DNA of 64,000 nt from an uncultured Thermoprotei archaeon (GTDB lineage Archaea; Thermoproteota; Thermoprotei; Thermofilales; B15-G2), in the NCBI GenBank assembly GCA_965367815.1, contig CBDUKN010000003.1, forward strand, positions 32,001 through 96,000, in the 5' to 3' direction. Below, piece by piece: positions 1 through 10,746 of this stretch; the stretch's first letter is position 1; every line of letters begins with the position of its first letter. Position numbers and translations under genes: made by a program. A model generated the notes under the pieces. That model saw only the letters and a program-made list of their open reading frames with translations. It made no database searches and was not told the DNA's origin.

Positions 1-156
1 TGCTACTACGGCGGGTTTTTCTCTCAGTATTTCTGAAACTATTTCATTATCAGTATACACTAGTTTGGTTTTTACTGTACTGTCTACTATGAAGCATATT
101 CCTGTAGGTCTTGTCTCTACTCCAGCTAAGTCTATGCCAGCAACTACTGCGGCCAC
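1..156 (-). CDS. DUF429-like RNase H-fold protein, 5' part (runs off window edge)
   Basis: Manual translation from GTG at 156: MAAVVAGIDLAGVETRPTGICFIVD...REKPAVVA; GIDLAG..RPTG is typical of the DUF429 N-terminus. Confidence 0.7.
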   Translation of the reverse strand, partial: MAAVVAGIDLAGVETRPTGICFIVDSTVKTKLVYTDNEIVSEILREKPAVVA

Positions 157-167
157 TAGTATATTTG

Positions 168-866
168 CTAGCTGATGCGGGATATTAGTTTCGGCAGGTA
201 CTTTATTGAAGGTATTGCGTAGGCTTTTGCTCCTAGAGAAACTATGTCTTTGACGTTGGGCAATATTAGCGCAGCATAGAATCCTGAAAGAATAGCCCCG
301 GCAAAGTCTTCGTATAGTCCGTCTCCTACGTGTATTGCTTCTTCAGCCGATACACTGAATCTCTTTAAGATTAGCTCAAAAAACTCTTTCTGAGGTTTTT
401 GGTAGCCTACTTCGTCTGCGTAGAACTGGGCTTCAATATAGCTAGCTAGCTCTGTTCTCTCTAAAAGTAGTCTTGTGTAGCTGCCGGGCCAGAAGAGAAC
501 GTTTCCCAGCACAGCTTTCTTTAAGCCTACTTTACTTAATTCTTTGAGAGCCTCGTATGCTCCCTCAGCAACTAGTTTTTCTGTATTTACTGTTAAAACA
601 GCTTTAGCTACAGCTCTCTGAAAAATGTCAGCTGAAGTACCTAAGTAATCTGCTGCTAGTTTCTGTGTTTTCTGAACAATGTCTTCTTTAAGAACTCCTT
701 TGCGTCTAAGGTTTTTTGCCTCGATATGTGCTGTAGAGAGTTTTTTGTAGAGTTCTTCTGGAGAGCTTCCAGTAAACTCTGCTACTTGCTTAGCTATTTC
801 TTTTAGGAATATGTCTAAGTTTAGTAGAGTATTCCAGACATCTAGCGAAACTACTTTTATCTTCAT
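168..866 (-). CDS. HAD-superfamily hydrolase
   Basis: Motif I DVWNTL, KP motif, motif IV HVGDGLYED. Confidence 0.9.
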   Translation of the reverse strand: MKIKVVSLDVWNTLLNLDIFLKEIAKQVAEFTGSSPEELYKKLSTAHIEAKNLRRKGVLKEDIVQKTQKLAADYLGTSADIFQRAVAKAVLTVNTEKLVAEGAYEALKELSKVGLKKAVLGNVLFWPGSYTRLLLERTELASYIEAQFYADEVGYQKPQKEFFELILKRFSVSAEEAIHVGDGLYEDFAGAILSGFYAALILPNVKDIVSLGAKAYAIPSIKYLPKLISRIS

Positions 867-959
867 TCTTTCACCAGAACTAGTTTAAAAGCGGTCGAAG
901 AGATATAAAGCTCGCGGACACAAAGTGAAATATACTTTTCTATTAAATTTAATGAGAGC

Positions 960-2000
960 GTGGCTAAGAAGCTGGGTTTCGCTGTTATAGGCTGTAGAGA
1001 AGTATCACAGATAGCTTGGCTACCTTTACTTAAAACATGTACTCAAGCAGAGTTGATAGGCGTATTTGATACTAGTAGAGAGCTCGCTAAATCTACTGCC
1101 GAAGAATACTCAACTAACTTCTATTCTGAGCTCAGCGAGCTTTTGAAAGACCCTAAAGTAGACGCTGTTGTAGTTGCTTCACCTCTAGAAGTACGCAAAG
1201 AACACGCTATAATGGCTCTCGAGGAAGAGAAAAATGTTGTAGTGGAAGTACCTGTTGCAGCAACTTACAGCGAGGCATTAGAGATAGCTAGAGTTGCTGA
1301 AAAAAGGGGTAGGAAACTAATGTCGGCTTATATGCTCCGATACGACACTGGATGCAGATATGTTAAGAGAATACTTGAAGGCCAGAAAATAACTCTCTTT
1401 AAGCAATTTTATGTCGCAGGGTCCTCTGGCTTAAAGCTCTGTAGAGAGAGTTTATCTGGAAGACTTTTTGCAGAAGAATTTAAGGTTCCTGTCGAGCTAG
1501 AGGAGGAGGCAGAGCAATTCTATGAGCGCTTGCTGGGCGCGTGGAGCCACTACATTAACCTAATGAGATGGTATGCAGGCGAGCCGAGTGGAGTAAAGTA
1601 TGTTGAAGTATGGAATAGGGGGAATTCTTTCATGGTGTCTTTTGAGTACAGTAGCTTTAAGCATATAGCGGTATACAGTCGTGTAGAGGGACGCAATTTT
1701 TCGGCTGGAGCTACAATATATACTGATGACTACTGGATATCAGTAAATACTCCTCCTCTTTTGGAGAAAGCAACGTACTCTACAGTCGAGATATATGATT
1801 CAAAGAAAGAGGTGACTTGGAGGCCCAGACTACCTCGAGAATGGTGCTACGAGAGAGGTCTTCTGCACTTTATTGAAATGACTCAAGAAGACAGAGATTA
1901 TGAGACAGGTGCGAATGATACTCTTCAAGATATTTACTGGATAGAAAGAGTTTTTGAAAGATATCTCAAAGTATCACTTAAGTCCCAAAATATAATTTAA
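960..2000 (+). CDS. Gfo/Idh/MocA family NAD(P)-dependent oxidoreductase (divergent)
   Basis: N-terminal AVIGC Rossmann strand, DAVVVASP, VEVPVA (EKP-like). Confidence 0.8.
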   Translation: MAKKLGFAVIGCREVSQIAWLPLLKTCTQAELIGVFDTSRELAKSTAEEYSTNFYSELSELLKDPKVDAVVVASPLEVRKEHAIMALEEEKNVVVEVPVAATYSEALEIARVAEKRGRKLMSAYMLRYDTGCRYVKRILEGQKITLFKQFYVAGSSGLKLCRESLSGRLFAEEFKVPVELEEEAEQFYERLLGAWSHYINLMRWYAGEPSGVKYVEVWNRGNSFMVSFEYSSFKHIAVYSRVEGRNFSAGATIYTDDYWISVNTPPLLEKATYSTVEIYDSKKEVTWRPRLPREWCYERGLLHFIEMTQEDRDYETGANDTLQDIYWIERVFERYLKVSLKSQNII

Positions 2001-2072
2001 TAAATTTAGGAAATAGAATAATTCTCCGATAAGCCTTATTTTCTCAAATTTATCTAGCATTAAGGGAACTCT

Positions 2073-3134
2073 ATGTTCTTTTCGTTAATTAAAATGGCTA
2101 AAAAATGGCTTGCAACAGTTTTATTGTCGCTAGTTATCTTCATATTTGCTCTTTACACCAATAACTTTATTCTCTACGCAGTATCCTATGCAATACTGGC
2201 TTTTGCTCAACTAGCTTTGCCTTCAGACATAGAAATAGCTAAAAAGTTTTCTTCAACTGCTATTGGAAAGCTTATTTCACTTAAATACAATTTAATAGAT
2301 TTAACTAAAGTTTTAATATTTTTAATGGCTGTAATAGCATTTATAACGCACAGAGATTTCACTACACTATTCTACTTAATATACTTCGCTACAATGCTCT
2401 CGCTAGTATTTCTTAAAGTACCCTTCAAGAGACTGATTTTAGCTGCAGCTTTATTCTCAGCAGGAATTATAGGAAATTACTCAATTGCAGTTAGCGAGAA
2501 GCCTTTAACGTTAAAGGCACTTATGCTCCTTTTAGTAAACTCTTTTACAGTTCCATCGGTGCTGTACTTGATTAAAGCATATAGAGAAGCTAGAGGAAAA
2601 ACATTTTTGCTAACAGGTCAAATAGTGGCAATAGGACTTATTCTTATAGGACTGTTTCCTATAATGGGAGCTATTGCTTTTCCAGCGGAAATTTACTGGA
2701 AAATAGTTTCTGTGCTCAGTGGTCTTATTGTAGTGTCGTCACTGCGCTACTTATTGATGACACTTGCAGGCAGACTGTGGACTACGCAAATATACTACGG
2801 GGATATGCTCTGCGAGGTGGCTGATATTTTGTCTAGAATTCTTCAGCGAGAAAACATAGTATACAGTGTTAAAGAACCTAAGTCTGTTCTTGCTACTTTA
2901 GGAATATCTTCTCCTCAATACGAGTTCATTATAACGTCTCCGTTTAGAGCTAAAATAGTTTTAAGGAAGTGGATTCATAGAGCAAGAGTACGCAGCATAC
3001 CTATGAAGGTGGGTGAGCCAGGACTAGTTATTAGCATTATGCCTGGCCCAAAGAAAGCTGATCCTCGGTTTAAGAAAATAGTAGCAGAGTTCATAGAGCG
3101 CTTAAATATATCTTCGCTTGACTGGAAGACATAA
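2073..3134 (+). CDS. Polytopic membrane protein with soluble C-terminal domain, unknown function
   Basis: 353-aa ORF with several hydrophobic segments; start may be the ATG at 2094. Confidence 0.65.
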   Translation: MFFSLIKMAKKWLATVLLSLVIFIFALYTNNFILYAVSYAILAFAQLALPSDIEIAKKFSSTAIGKLISLKYNLIDLTKVLIFLMAVIAFITHRDFTTLFYLIYFATMLSLVFLKVPFKRLILAAALFSAGIIGNYSIAVSEKPLTLKALMLLLVNSFTVPSVLYLIKAYREARGKTFLLTGQIVAIGLILIGLFPIMGAIAFPAEIYWKIVSVLSGLIVVSSLRYLLMTLAGRLWTTQIYYGDMLCEVADILSRILQRENIVYSVKEPKSVLATLGISSPQYEFIITSPFRAKIVLRKWIHRARVRSIPMKVGEPGLVISIMPGPKKADPRFKKIVAEFIERLNISSLDWKT

Positions 3135-3147
3135 GTAGGTTTTAGGT

Positions 3148-4497
3148 GTGGTTAGTAGCGTGTACTTGAGAATAATCTCCGTAATTGCCGTTGTTTCTTT
3201 AGTTCTGTCTATAGCTGCTTCCCCCTATGTTCTCTTATTTAATATAAGGGGCCACGCCTGCTACTCTATAGTAGCTGGCAAGAAAATAGCTGTCTGTGGA
3301 TGGATAGAGTCTAGCGAAAAACCCGTCGGTTTTGTTGCTTTAGTTGGAGAAAAAGTAGAGTGGTTTACTTTAGTCGAAGAAGTATATGAGCTGAGGAAAA
3401 TTGCTGTTTTAGGAGAAAAACTTGTTGTCTGCGGTTCATGGTTTATAGGTTCTTTTGATCTGTGGAATGGAGATCTTGAGTGGGGCTACTCTAGTGGTAC
3501 GTGGCTAAATGACCTGCTAATTCTTCCTAATATGAATATTTTTGTCTGCGGCGTAGGCTACGTTGCTTTACTTAGTTCTTCAGGCAAGATTTTGCTAGAG
3601 AGAGTATTTAACGTAGTAAGACCTGACGGTACTTCAGCTAAGCCTTTCTTTTTTGCCGCTACTCTAGTTGGAGATAAAGTTGTTCTTGCTGGAGCAGTAT
3701 TTAATGTGCTTTCGCGTAGCAGTGGGCTAGACTGCCTAGTAGTATGCATTAGTTTAAAGGACCTGAAGGTTCTTTGGGCAAAGTGTTTCGGCGGAAAAAG
3801 CCACGATAGGCTCTATGGCGTCTGCTGTAAAGACAAGTTGATCTACGTTACTGGTCATACTTTGAGTCATTTTTCTTTAAGACAGGAAGCTGTAGTAGCC
3901 TGCTTTTCTACAGACGGCGAAATGAAGTGGTGTAGAGTACTTTTCAGCAAAGCTTGGTGCTACGGAGTTAGCGTTTTTTCAGCGCAGGCAGTCTATGTAG
4001 TAGGTTTATCTGAGAGCTATGGTGTGAAGAAAACAGTTTTCGTAGCCGAGCTGGCTGAAGGAAACGGCGATCTTCTAGAACTATTTGAAGTAAAGTTGGG
4101 TAAGTACACTACGCTTACACTGGGGTCTCATATAGAAGGACTTTCTAAAGGAATTCTAGTTTCATGTAGTAATGGGTCTCCGCTAGTAGTTTACTGGCCA
4201 CTGGGCTTTGAGGGTAGCTTTAAGCTAGACAATAGTTCTAAGCTAGTAGTAGAAAGAGGAAAATTTAACAGTTCTCCATGGAACGCCGCCATAAAGGAAG
4301 TCAAGATATCCGTATCGGTGGGAAGAATGCTTTTCAAGGAAAACTTCCAAGTAAAGAAAATCAACGTAGAAATTGTACAGAGAGGCGAGCTACCTGTTCT
4401 TGAAGAAAAATACCTTGACTTGAGACTTATTCTACTGACTTTAGTCTGCGCGGTTGCAGTGCTGCTACTTTTATTCAAGAGATTTAAGAGAAGTTAA
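3148..4497 (+). CDS. Secreted, membrane-anchored beta-propeller (PQQ-like repeat) protein
   Basis: N-terminal signal/TM, repeated 'G..W' strands (GDLEW, KVLWAK, GEMKW), C-terminal TM plus basic tail KRFKRS. Confidence 0.7.
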   Translation: MVSSVYLRIISVIAVVSLVLSIAASPYVLLFNIRGHACYSIVAGKKIAVCGWIESSEKPVGFVALVGEKVEWFTLVEEVYELRKIAVLGEKLVVCGSWFIGSFDLWNGDLEWGYSSGTWLNDLLILPNMNIFVCGVGYVALLSSSGKILLERVFNVVRPDGTSAKPFFFAATLVGDKVVLAGAVFNVLSRSSGLDCLVVCISLKDLKVLWAKCFGGKSHDRLYGVCCKDKLIYVTGHTLSHFSLRQEAVVACFSTDGEMKWCRVLFSKAWCYGVSVFSAQAVYVVGLSESYGVKKTVFVAELAEGNGDLLELFEVKLGKYTTLTLGSHIEGLSKGILVSCSNGSPLVVYWPLGFEGSFKLDNSSKLVVERGKFNSSPWNAAIKEVKISVSVGRMLFKENFQVKKINVEIVQRGELPVLEEKYLDLRLILLTLVCAVAVLLLLFKRFKRS

Positions 4498-5786
4498 ATT
4501 AAGTAGACTTCGGCCAACTTTACTTCATTCTTTTCTTTGGATCTAAGCTTGAATCTAATTAAGCGTCCACAGCACTCTACTTTGCTACGGACTACGCGAC
4601 CACCCGGAATAGATATTCTGTCGACAGTTCTCCAGGAGCCGTTGAGCGACAGTGTTTCTACCTCGAGCTCTGCGTCGCCTACCAAGAGCAAGTAAAGTGT
4701 TGCTTGGCTATAGCCTAAAACAGGTATAGGATCTATTTCTAGTTCGCTTACAAAACTAATGTTTTCAGCAGGTATTCCTTTACTTGTAAGAGAATATGCT
4801 ATGGGAGGAGTCTCTAGCTTCATAGAGGCAGGTATTTTCACGACAAGACTTTCGCAGAATCCACCTAGACCACTCCAGTTGTTACATGCTAAGTAAATAG
4901 AGTCTCCGTAAACCTCTATGTCGTAAATACCATAAGGCAATTGAATTAAGCGCCCCAGCTGATAGTTATCCCATACCCATACTTCTCCTCTAGCCGGAGC
5001 ACAGGTACCCGCACCATACACGATAAACAGCCTGTCTTCGAAAGTCTTCAGTCTTATAGCAACATTATGAGGTTGCCTAAACTGTCTTCGCTCAAAAATC
5101 TTATTTAGCTCACCGTCAAAGAAATAGACGTTTCCTCTCCCATCAGCTATGTAAGGATAGTCTAGTACTACTCTATCGCTAGGTGAATGCGATCTAAACC
5201 ACTCTACATGACTGTAGACGCGGTACTCTCTCCATTTTTTGCCGTCTTCAGAGCAGTATACTCTACTGGGAGCCCTAATAGGCTCTCCTTCAAAAACATA
5301 GAACTCTGACTCGTATTCAATAAACTGATAAAGCGACTTATTTGAAGAAAATTCGAATACTCTTTTCCACTTCACGCCATCGCTAGTTCTCCAAATTTCA
5401 TTTCGCCTGCCAGCATAGAGAAAGTCTTTGAATATACCCAGTGATTCTATGAGGCCTCCTCCACCTCCGCCGCCCGGAGAAAGCTCTAGTACTTTCTTGA
5501 ACTCAGATCCATCGTACTCAAAGACAAACGTCTTGTCTCCCGAGGCACTAGAAGCTCCGACATAAAGCTTGCCGTCGAAAAACTGGTAGGCCCAGAAGTT
5601 CATTACGCCAATAAGCCTTGCTTCCCATTCATAGCCGTCTACACTAGAATACACTCGAGCCTCATCTTCAATTCCTTTAAGCGAATTAATACATACAATA
5701 AGCTCGCCTCCATAAGCTATAAGCGAAGGTATTTCAGTAGGATACTTTGACCTATAAGAAAATACTACTTCAATATCTTCGCTCAT
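4494..5786 (-). CDS. Beta-propeller protein with Asp-box-like motifs and C-terminal beta domain
   Basis: SVDGYEW, TSDGVKW, SEDGKKW motifs; Gly7 run. Confidence 0.65.
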   Translation of the reverse strand: MSEDIEVVFSYRSKYPTEIPSLIAYGGELIVCINSLKGIEDEARVYSSVDGYEWEARLIGVMNFWAYQFFDGKLYVGASSASGDKTFVFEYDGSEFKKVLELSPGGGGGGGLIESLGIFKDFLYAGRRNEIWRTSDGVKWKRVFEFSSNKSLYQFIEYESEFYVFEGEPIRAPSRVYCSEDGKKWREYRVYSHVEWFRSHSPSDRVVLDYPYIADGRGNVYFFDGELNKIFERRQFRQPHNVAIRLKTFEDRLFIVYGAGTCAPARGEVWVWDNYQLGRLIQLPYGIYDIEVYGDSIYLACNNWSGLGGFCESLVVKIPASMKLETPPIAYSLTSKGIPAENISFVSELEIDPIPVLGYSQATLYLLLVGDAELEVETLSLNGSWRTVDRISIPGGRVVRSKVECCGRLIRFKLRSKEKNEVKLAEVYLI

Positions 5787-5952
5787 GTATTTAATGCTTT
5801 AATGCAAAAATAAATTAGTTTTTGAGGAATTAGTCTTCGAGTTCTCTTTTAGCTTAAAAGTAAATATACTAAAGCAAGGAAAATAGTTTTATAAACAGTA
5901 AGTGAACCTATATACTAATATAGATAAGTATATTGGCATAAAGGTTGTGACT

Positions 5953-6615
5953 ATGTTTAAAAAGAAGCTAGATAGGTCTGAGAATAAGGTGCTCGAGCTT
6001 GTATTAAACCACGCCAGCTTATGTAAAAAATGTGTAAAAGCTTTATGTAATGCAATACATTCCTTAAAGGCTTGCAGTATAGATGAATTTAGACGCGAGG
6101 TAGCGGCAGTGCATAGAAGTGAAGAAGAAGCCGATGAAATTAGGAGAAAAATAATTGAAGAGCTAGCTAAAGGCATAGTACCTCCTCTCAGCAGAGAAGA
6201 CTTCATTAGGCTTGTTGAGCGAATGGACATGATTGCTGACTGGAGTAGAGACGCGGCAAGGCTACTTGAAATAGAGTTTATAAGAGACGCATTCAGGAAT
6301 GGAGAATTCTCTAAAATGTTATGTGAAATGGCTTCAAATATATATTATTGTGTTGAGCTGACCGAAGAGGCTGTTAAAGAAGCTATGGAAGATTTTAATA
6401 AAAGTTTAAAGTTCTTAAATAAAATAGAAGAAATCGAAGAGCAAGTAGATTTACTCTACGTTAAAAGCTTATCTGTTTTATGCTCTATGAGAATGAACAA
6501 ACCTGAATACAGTTTAATAGCGGAGAGACTTGTCGAGACTTTGGAGAATATATGTGATGCGGCTGAAGACACTGGAGATGTACTCAAAGTAATAATAGTT
6601 AGAGCACTAAAGTAG
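5953..6615 (+). CDS. DUF47/PhoU-like phosphate transport regulator
   Basis: EEEADEIRR..I...L, REDFIRLVE.MD.IAD, LENICDAAED; next to a PiT transporter; likely start ATG 5953. Confidence 0.9.
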   Translation: MFKKKLDRSENKVLELVLNHASLCKKCVKALCNAIHSLKACSIDEFRREVAAVHRSEEEADEIRRKIIEELAKGIVPPLSREDFIRLVERMDMIADWSRDAARLLEIEFIRDAFRNGEFSKMLCEMASNIYYCVELTEEAVKEAMEDFNKSLKFLNKIEEIEEQVDLLYVKSLSVLCSMRMNKPEYSLIAERLVETLENICDAAEDTGDVLKVIIVRALK

Positions 6616-7572
6616 AAAACTGTAAATTAATGTAGCTAATCCTGCCGCTAAAAGCGCTGAGCAAGGAAATGTGAATCCCCATGTAGCTAGTATTTCTTTA
6701 AGTCCCTTGATATTAATCCACGATTTTCTAGCGACTCCTATTCCGAGTACAGCGCTTACAAGCACATGTGTACCTGATAGAGGTAAAGCGAGAAGAGTTC
6801 CAATACACAGTGTAATTGCAACTGATACCTGTGCACATAGAGCCGAGAAAGGATCTAGTTCGACTAACTGTACTCCAACAGACTTAATTACTCTTCTACC
6901 TAAAATAAGCAGTCCTAAAGCCATTCCAGCGCCGCAAATCACTCTAGTTAAAATAGGGTGTCCTGAAACATAGCTGAGAAAACCTGTAGCGTTTGCAATA
7001 TCGTTTGCTCCCCTAAAGAACGCAGTATAAGCTGTCCATATTGCTAAAAGTACTGTAGAGTACTTAGATACTGTTAAAAGCTGTCTAAATCCCTTTACTT
7101 TTCTCAAATAAATTTTCCTAGCAACTTTGTATACAGCAATTGCCCCTAGGAGACCTACTAGAGGAGAAATAATCCAGCTCGCTATAACTCTACTCAGTGA
7201 AATCCATTTTACTCCACTTAAACCATACTTGTAGATCCCTAAGCCTATAGCCGCGCCTACAGTGGAGTGCGTAGTCGAAATAGGCCACCCCCAGTAAGAT
7301 GCTGCAATAAGCCAAGTGGCGACAGCTAAAAGAATAATAAATGCGTCAGCTACAGTAACCTGTCCTGCTATCAGTCCTTCGCCAATAGTTTTCTCAACCA
7401 TGTGGCCCAGAAAGACAGCTCCTAGAAAATTTAAAATAGCTCCTAGTAGAGCAGCAGCCGCTACTGAGATATAGCCACTGCCCGCTAAAGTGGCCATAGT
7501 TTCGTCATTGGCTCCAATACTCCAAGCTATGTAGAAGGCTGCAAGAAAACTAGCTATAATTAGAGGGTCCAT
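6607..7572 (-). CDS. pit: Inorganic phosphate transporter, PiT family
   Basis: GAND twice, PISTTH and PLSGTH signatures. Confidence 0.92.
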   Translation of the reverse strand: MDPLIIASFLAAFYIAWSIGANDETMATLAGSGYISVAAAALLGAILNFLGAVFLGHMVEKTIGEGLIAGQVTVADAFIILLAVATWLIAASYWGWPISTTHSTVGAAIGLGIYKYGLSGVKWISLSRVIASWIISPLVGLLGAIAVYKVARKIYLRKVKGFRQLLTVSKYSTVLLAIWTAYTAFFRGANDIANATGFLSYVSGHPILTRVICGAGMALGLLILGRRVIKSVGVQLVELDPFSALCAQVSVAITLCIGTLLALPLSGTHVLVSAVLGIGVARKSWINIKGLKEILATWGFTFPCSALLAAGLATLIYSFLL

Positions 7573-7639
7573 TTAACCACCTTATATACTCTACTAGTGG
7601 GTCTAGAGAAATAAGTATTACGCTATAGGTTATATATTC

Positions 7640-8446
7640 TCAGTAAGCATAGACAAAAACTTGATCAGGGGCTTCAAGACACCCAAATACAGCAACAGTG
7701 TACCCATTTTCTTCAAGAATTCTAGAAATAGATGATACACTAGAATAACTTGGATGAACTTCAATAACAATTCTCTTCACATACTTGGGCTTAAGTACAC
7801 TTCTAGCACTTTCAATAACTTTTTCTTCAAATCCCTCAATATCGATTTTCATTAAGTCAACTATACCTACTTGGTGCACAAGATAATCTAACTTAATAGC
7901 CTTTACTTCAACTACTTTACTCAAATAATCCATTTCCTCAACATATTTTCTTAAGAGAGAAGAATTGGCTCCATATTCAGCAACATATATTCTTTCAATG
8001 CCACTCTTAGTAGATACACAAGCATTAATAGCTTCAATATTGCTCAACTTGTTTAACAAAATATTAGCTTTCAAAAACTTATAGTTAAATGGAATAGGTT
8101 CAATAGCGTAAATTTTTCCTCTAAAGCCAGCTAACTTAGCGGCCTTAATAGTGTATAAGCCTACAAAAGCCCCTATGTCTACTATAGTCCAGTTACCTTT
8201 AGGAGTAAATTCTCTCAACTGCTCATAGTCCCTGTAGTAGTATATATGAAGTACATTAAGCCATATCCACGGAAAATATTTCAAAGGAAGAAATGCTTTA
8301 AGACCATAAGGCAGGGCAACGAGACTATAATAATTTCTGCTTAAGAGAGAGAAGAGAGACGAATATAGAAGCGTTGCTATCGAAAAAATATTTGCTCTAA
8401 GTGACACTGACTCTTTTAAGTAATTTACTATTTGACTTAAAGACAC
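7640..8446 (-). CDS. FkbM family methyltransferase
   Basis: VDIGAFVGLY, AIEP, MKIDIEGFE. Confidence 0.9.
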   Translation of the reverse strand: MSLSQIVNYLKESVSLRANIFSIATLLYSSLFSLLSRNYYSLVALPYGLKAFLPLKYFPWIWLNVLHIYYYRDYEQLREFTPKGNWTIVDIGAFVGLYTIKAAKLAGFRGKIYAIEPIPFNYKFLKANILLNKLSNIEAINACVSTKSGIERIYVAEYGANSSLLRKYVEEMDYLSKVVEVKAIKLDYLVHQVGIVDLMKIDIEGFEEKVIESARSVLKPKYVKRIVIEVHPSYSSVSSISRILEENGYTVAVFGCLEAPDQVFVYAY

Positions 8447-8620
8447 ATTCTACTTAATTTATTCAAATTAAATACTATTTCTTTCAATAGTAATTTCCAC
8501 AAATTTTCTTAAACTCGATTTATGTGAAAATATTTTGTTCGTAATGTAAGTTACTTAGCAGAGCATTACTGTTCACCAGCAACCTGAAGCGCTGTGTATT
8601 TTCAATTAAATACTATAACT

Positions 8621-9073
8621 TTAATATTTACTATTCTGTTCTCGAGGTACTGCTTCTATAACTATATTGACGTAAAGTGATTTTCTGAAAATTATATTCA
8701 TGCAAATAATGTCTACAGTTATTTTTCTTATATCCCATCTGGTGTAATTTAAAAAAGTATACTTAATAAAAACGAAGGTTTCTTCACTAGGGTCTAGTGT
8801 ACTATTGAAAATAAGCTCTTTAACTAGTATCTCATTAGGCGGAGGAGGATCTAAGCTTATTCTGAGTATTTTTATGGGAAGAAAATAATCGTTTCTTATG
8901 TAAAGTAAAAGAGATGTACTAACGACTTTTTCGGGAAAAGCGTCTTTTGAAAGAATACATTTACTATAGACCAGTAAAGGCTTTACTTCTAAATGAGGTG
9001 TGAGTACTATAGCAGATACTGTAGCAAAAACAAGTAAAATTATCACAAAAATAACCCAGTACTTTTTCAACAT
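8621..9073 (-). CDS. Hypothetical membrane-anchored protein
   Basis: 150-aa ORF with N-terminal TM helix and beta-rich remainder. Confidence 0.55.
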   Translation of the reverse strand: MLKKYWVIFVIILLVFATVSAIVLTPHLEVKPLLVYSKCILSKDAFPEKVVSTSLLLYIRNDYFLPIKILRISLDPPPPNEILVKELIFNSTLDPSEETFVFIKYTFLNYTRWDIRKITVDIICMNIIFRKSLYVNIVIEAVPREQNSKY

Positions 9074-9102
9074 ATTCTGCTATAATATGGTATATGGGAA
9101 AT

Positions 9103-10596
9103 TTAAGGTTTTAGCTCTACCTTAAGCAATCTACCTCTATAGGTATTTTTTACTGGAGAAAGTGTGGTCTTAAAGTAATCAGCATTGTTTATGCATCCAG
9201 GGTCCGATCCAAGAATATTTCCTGTGTAGGCTAGTGCTCTCGCTCTACAGCCTCCGCAGACATATTTGTAGGGGCAGTGTTTGCAGTTTTCTTCGAGTTT
9301 ACTTCTATCTCTAAGAGCATTAAATACTGGCGCATTTTTCCAGAGAACAGAGAACTTTTCTTCACTGAGATTTCCTACAACTACATTTGGTATGAAGACG
9401 CATGGCGTTAAGTCACCGTTGGGCTCTATTGCCGCATATATTCTGCCGGCCCCGCATCCTCCAATGTACTCTGCTAGAGCTGCTACAATAGGGTCTCCTC
9501 GTACATAGAAGTGTGTGGGTGCAACATCTTTTCCTCCGCTCATTTCAAGAGAAACTCGAGCGAACTGAGGTGCTGTACTGAATACTTGTACTTTTCTCCG
9601 CTGGTTTTCGAGATAGAGTTTGCGGAGCAGTTCTTCTCTTTCCTCTGGAGTCAGATCAAGTTCGACTAAGTCTTTTCCTCTGCCTACTGGAATGAAGTTG
9701 AAGAAAACTACTCTCTCTACTCCAAGTTCTTCCGCTAGATCAATTATATCAGATACTTCATCTAAATTCATTTTAGTTACAGTAGTAGCTATAGCTGTAG
9801 AGAAACCTAGTTCTACAGCATTTTTAACACCCTGCACAGTTTTCTTCCAAGCACCCTTTACTCCTCTAAAAGCATCGTGTTTATCTGGGTCAGCTGAATC
9901 GACGCTTATTTCAACGTATCTTAGTCCTAGTTTTCTGAGTTTTTCTGCATACTTCCGGTCAGCTAGCCTTATGCCGTTAGTAGCTAGCGCAGTATACATG
10001 CCTGCGTCTGCAGCCGCCTTGAGTACTATCGGGAAGTCAGGATGTATTGTAGGTTCTCCCCCGGAGAAAGCTACTGCGGCTACACCAGCTTCATCAAGCT
10101 GTCTAATTACATAAAGTTTCTCGTTTAAAGTAAGCTCGTCTGGCGTAGGTCTATCTGCTTTCTGATAGCAGTGCTTGCACTTCAAGTTACACATGTTAGT
10201 AAAGTTCCAGACTACTAGGAAAGGTGCTGGCAGTTTCTGGGGCACAGTAATGCCGTAGAGTGCTAGGCCTTCAAGTACTAGTGCTAGGCCTCGTCTAATA
10301 GATGGATCTTTAAGAGCTTCATATACCTCTTCGCGGTTTCCATTGAAGTACTTTACAGCTAAATCAAATACTGTTTTAAGTAATTTAGAGTAAAATCTCG
10401 CGATAAAACATGATTCTGTGTCTTCCTCTACAATAAGTCTTAAAGCTTCATAGGCTATCTTCCTTCTTTCACCGTTAACCGATATCTCGCTCGAAAGTGG
10501 CTTAATGACATATCTGAAGAGAGGGAATTTTAGCAAGAATCTAGCTCCAGTGAGCAGAGAGGGGACTCCTCCTCGAACATTGTTATTTCCTGTCAT
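9103..10596 (-). CDS. Radical SAM/SPASM domain protein with N-terminal extension
   Basis: CNLKCKHC, SGGEP, SPASM CGAGR...PC...CKHC...CGGCRARA. Confidence 0.92.
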   Translation of the reverse strand: MTGNNNVRGGVPSLLTGARFLLKFPLFRYVIKPLSSEISVNGERRKIAYEALRLIVEEDTESCFIARFYSKLLKTVFDLAVKYFNGNREEVYEALKDPSIRRGLALVLEGLALYGITVPQKLPAPFLVVWNFTNMCNLKCKHCYQKADRPTPDELTLNEKLYVIRQLDEAGVAAVAFSGGEPTIHPDFPIVLKAAADAGMYTALATNGIRLADRKYAEKLRKLGLRYVEISVDSADPDKHDAFRGVKGAWKKTVQGVKNAVELGFSTAIATTVTKMNLDEVSDIIDLAEELGVERVVFFNFIPVGRGKDLVELDLTPEEREELLRKLYLENQRRKVQVFSTAPQFARVSLEMSGGKDVAPTHFYVRGDPIVAALAEYIGGCGAGRIYAAIEPNGDLTPCVFIPNVVVGNLSEEKFSVLWKNAPVFNALRDRSKLEENCKHCPYKYVCGGCRARALAYTGNILGSDPGCINNADYFKTTLSPVKNTYRGRLLKVELKP

Positions 10597-10746
10597 TAGG
10601 GGTCAATAAAACTATTTGCTTAACGCAATATTAATTTTTCCTAATTTCTAAAAATATAAAAACAAGTGGGACTTCGCTGTAGAGCACTAAAGTCTACTTA
10701 ATATATCGCTTATTTATCTAATAGAACTATATGGCTTAAATGTCAT

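Noticed and set aside
5455-5476. Gly7 tract as a phase-variable repeat
   Set aside because: Encoded by mixed codons, not a simple sequence repeat
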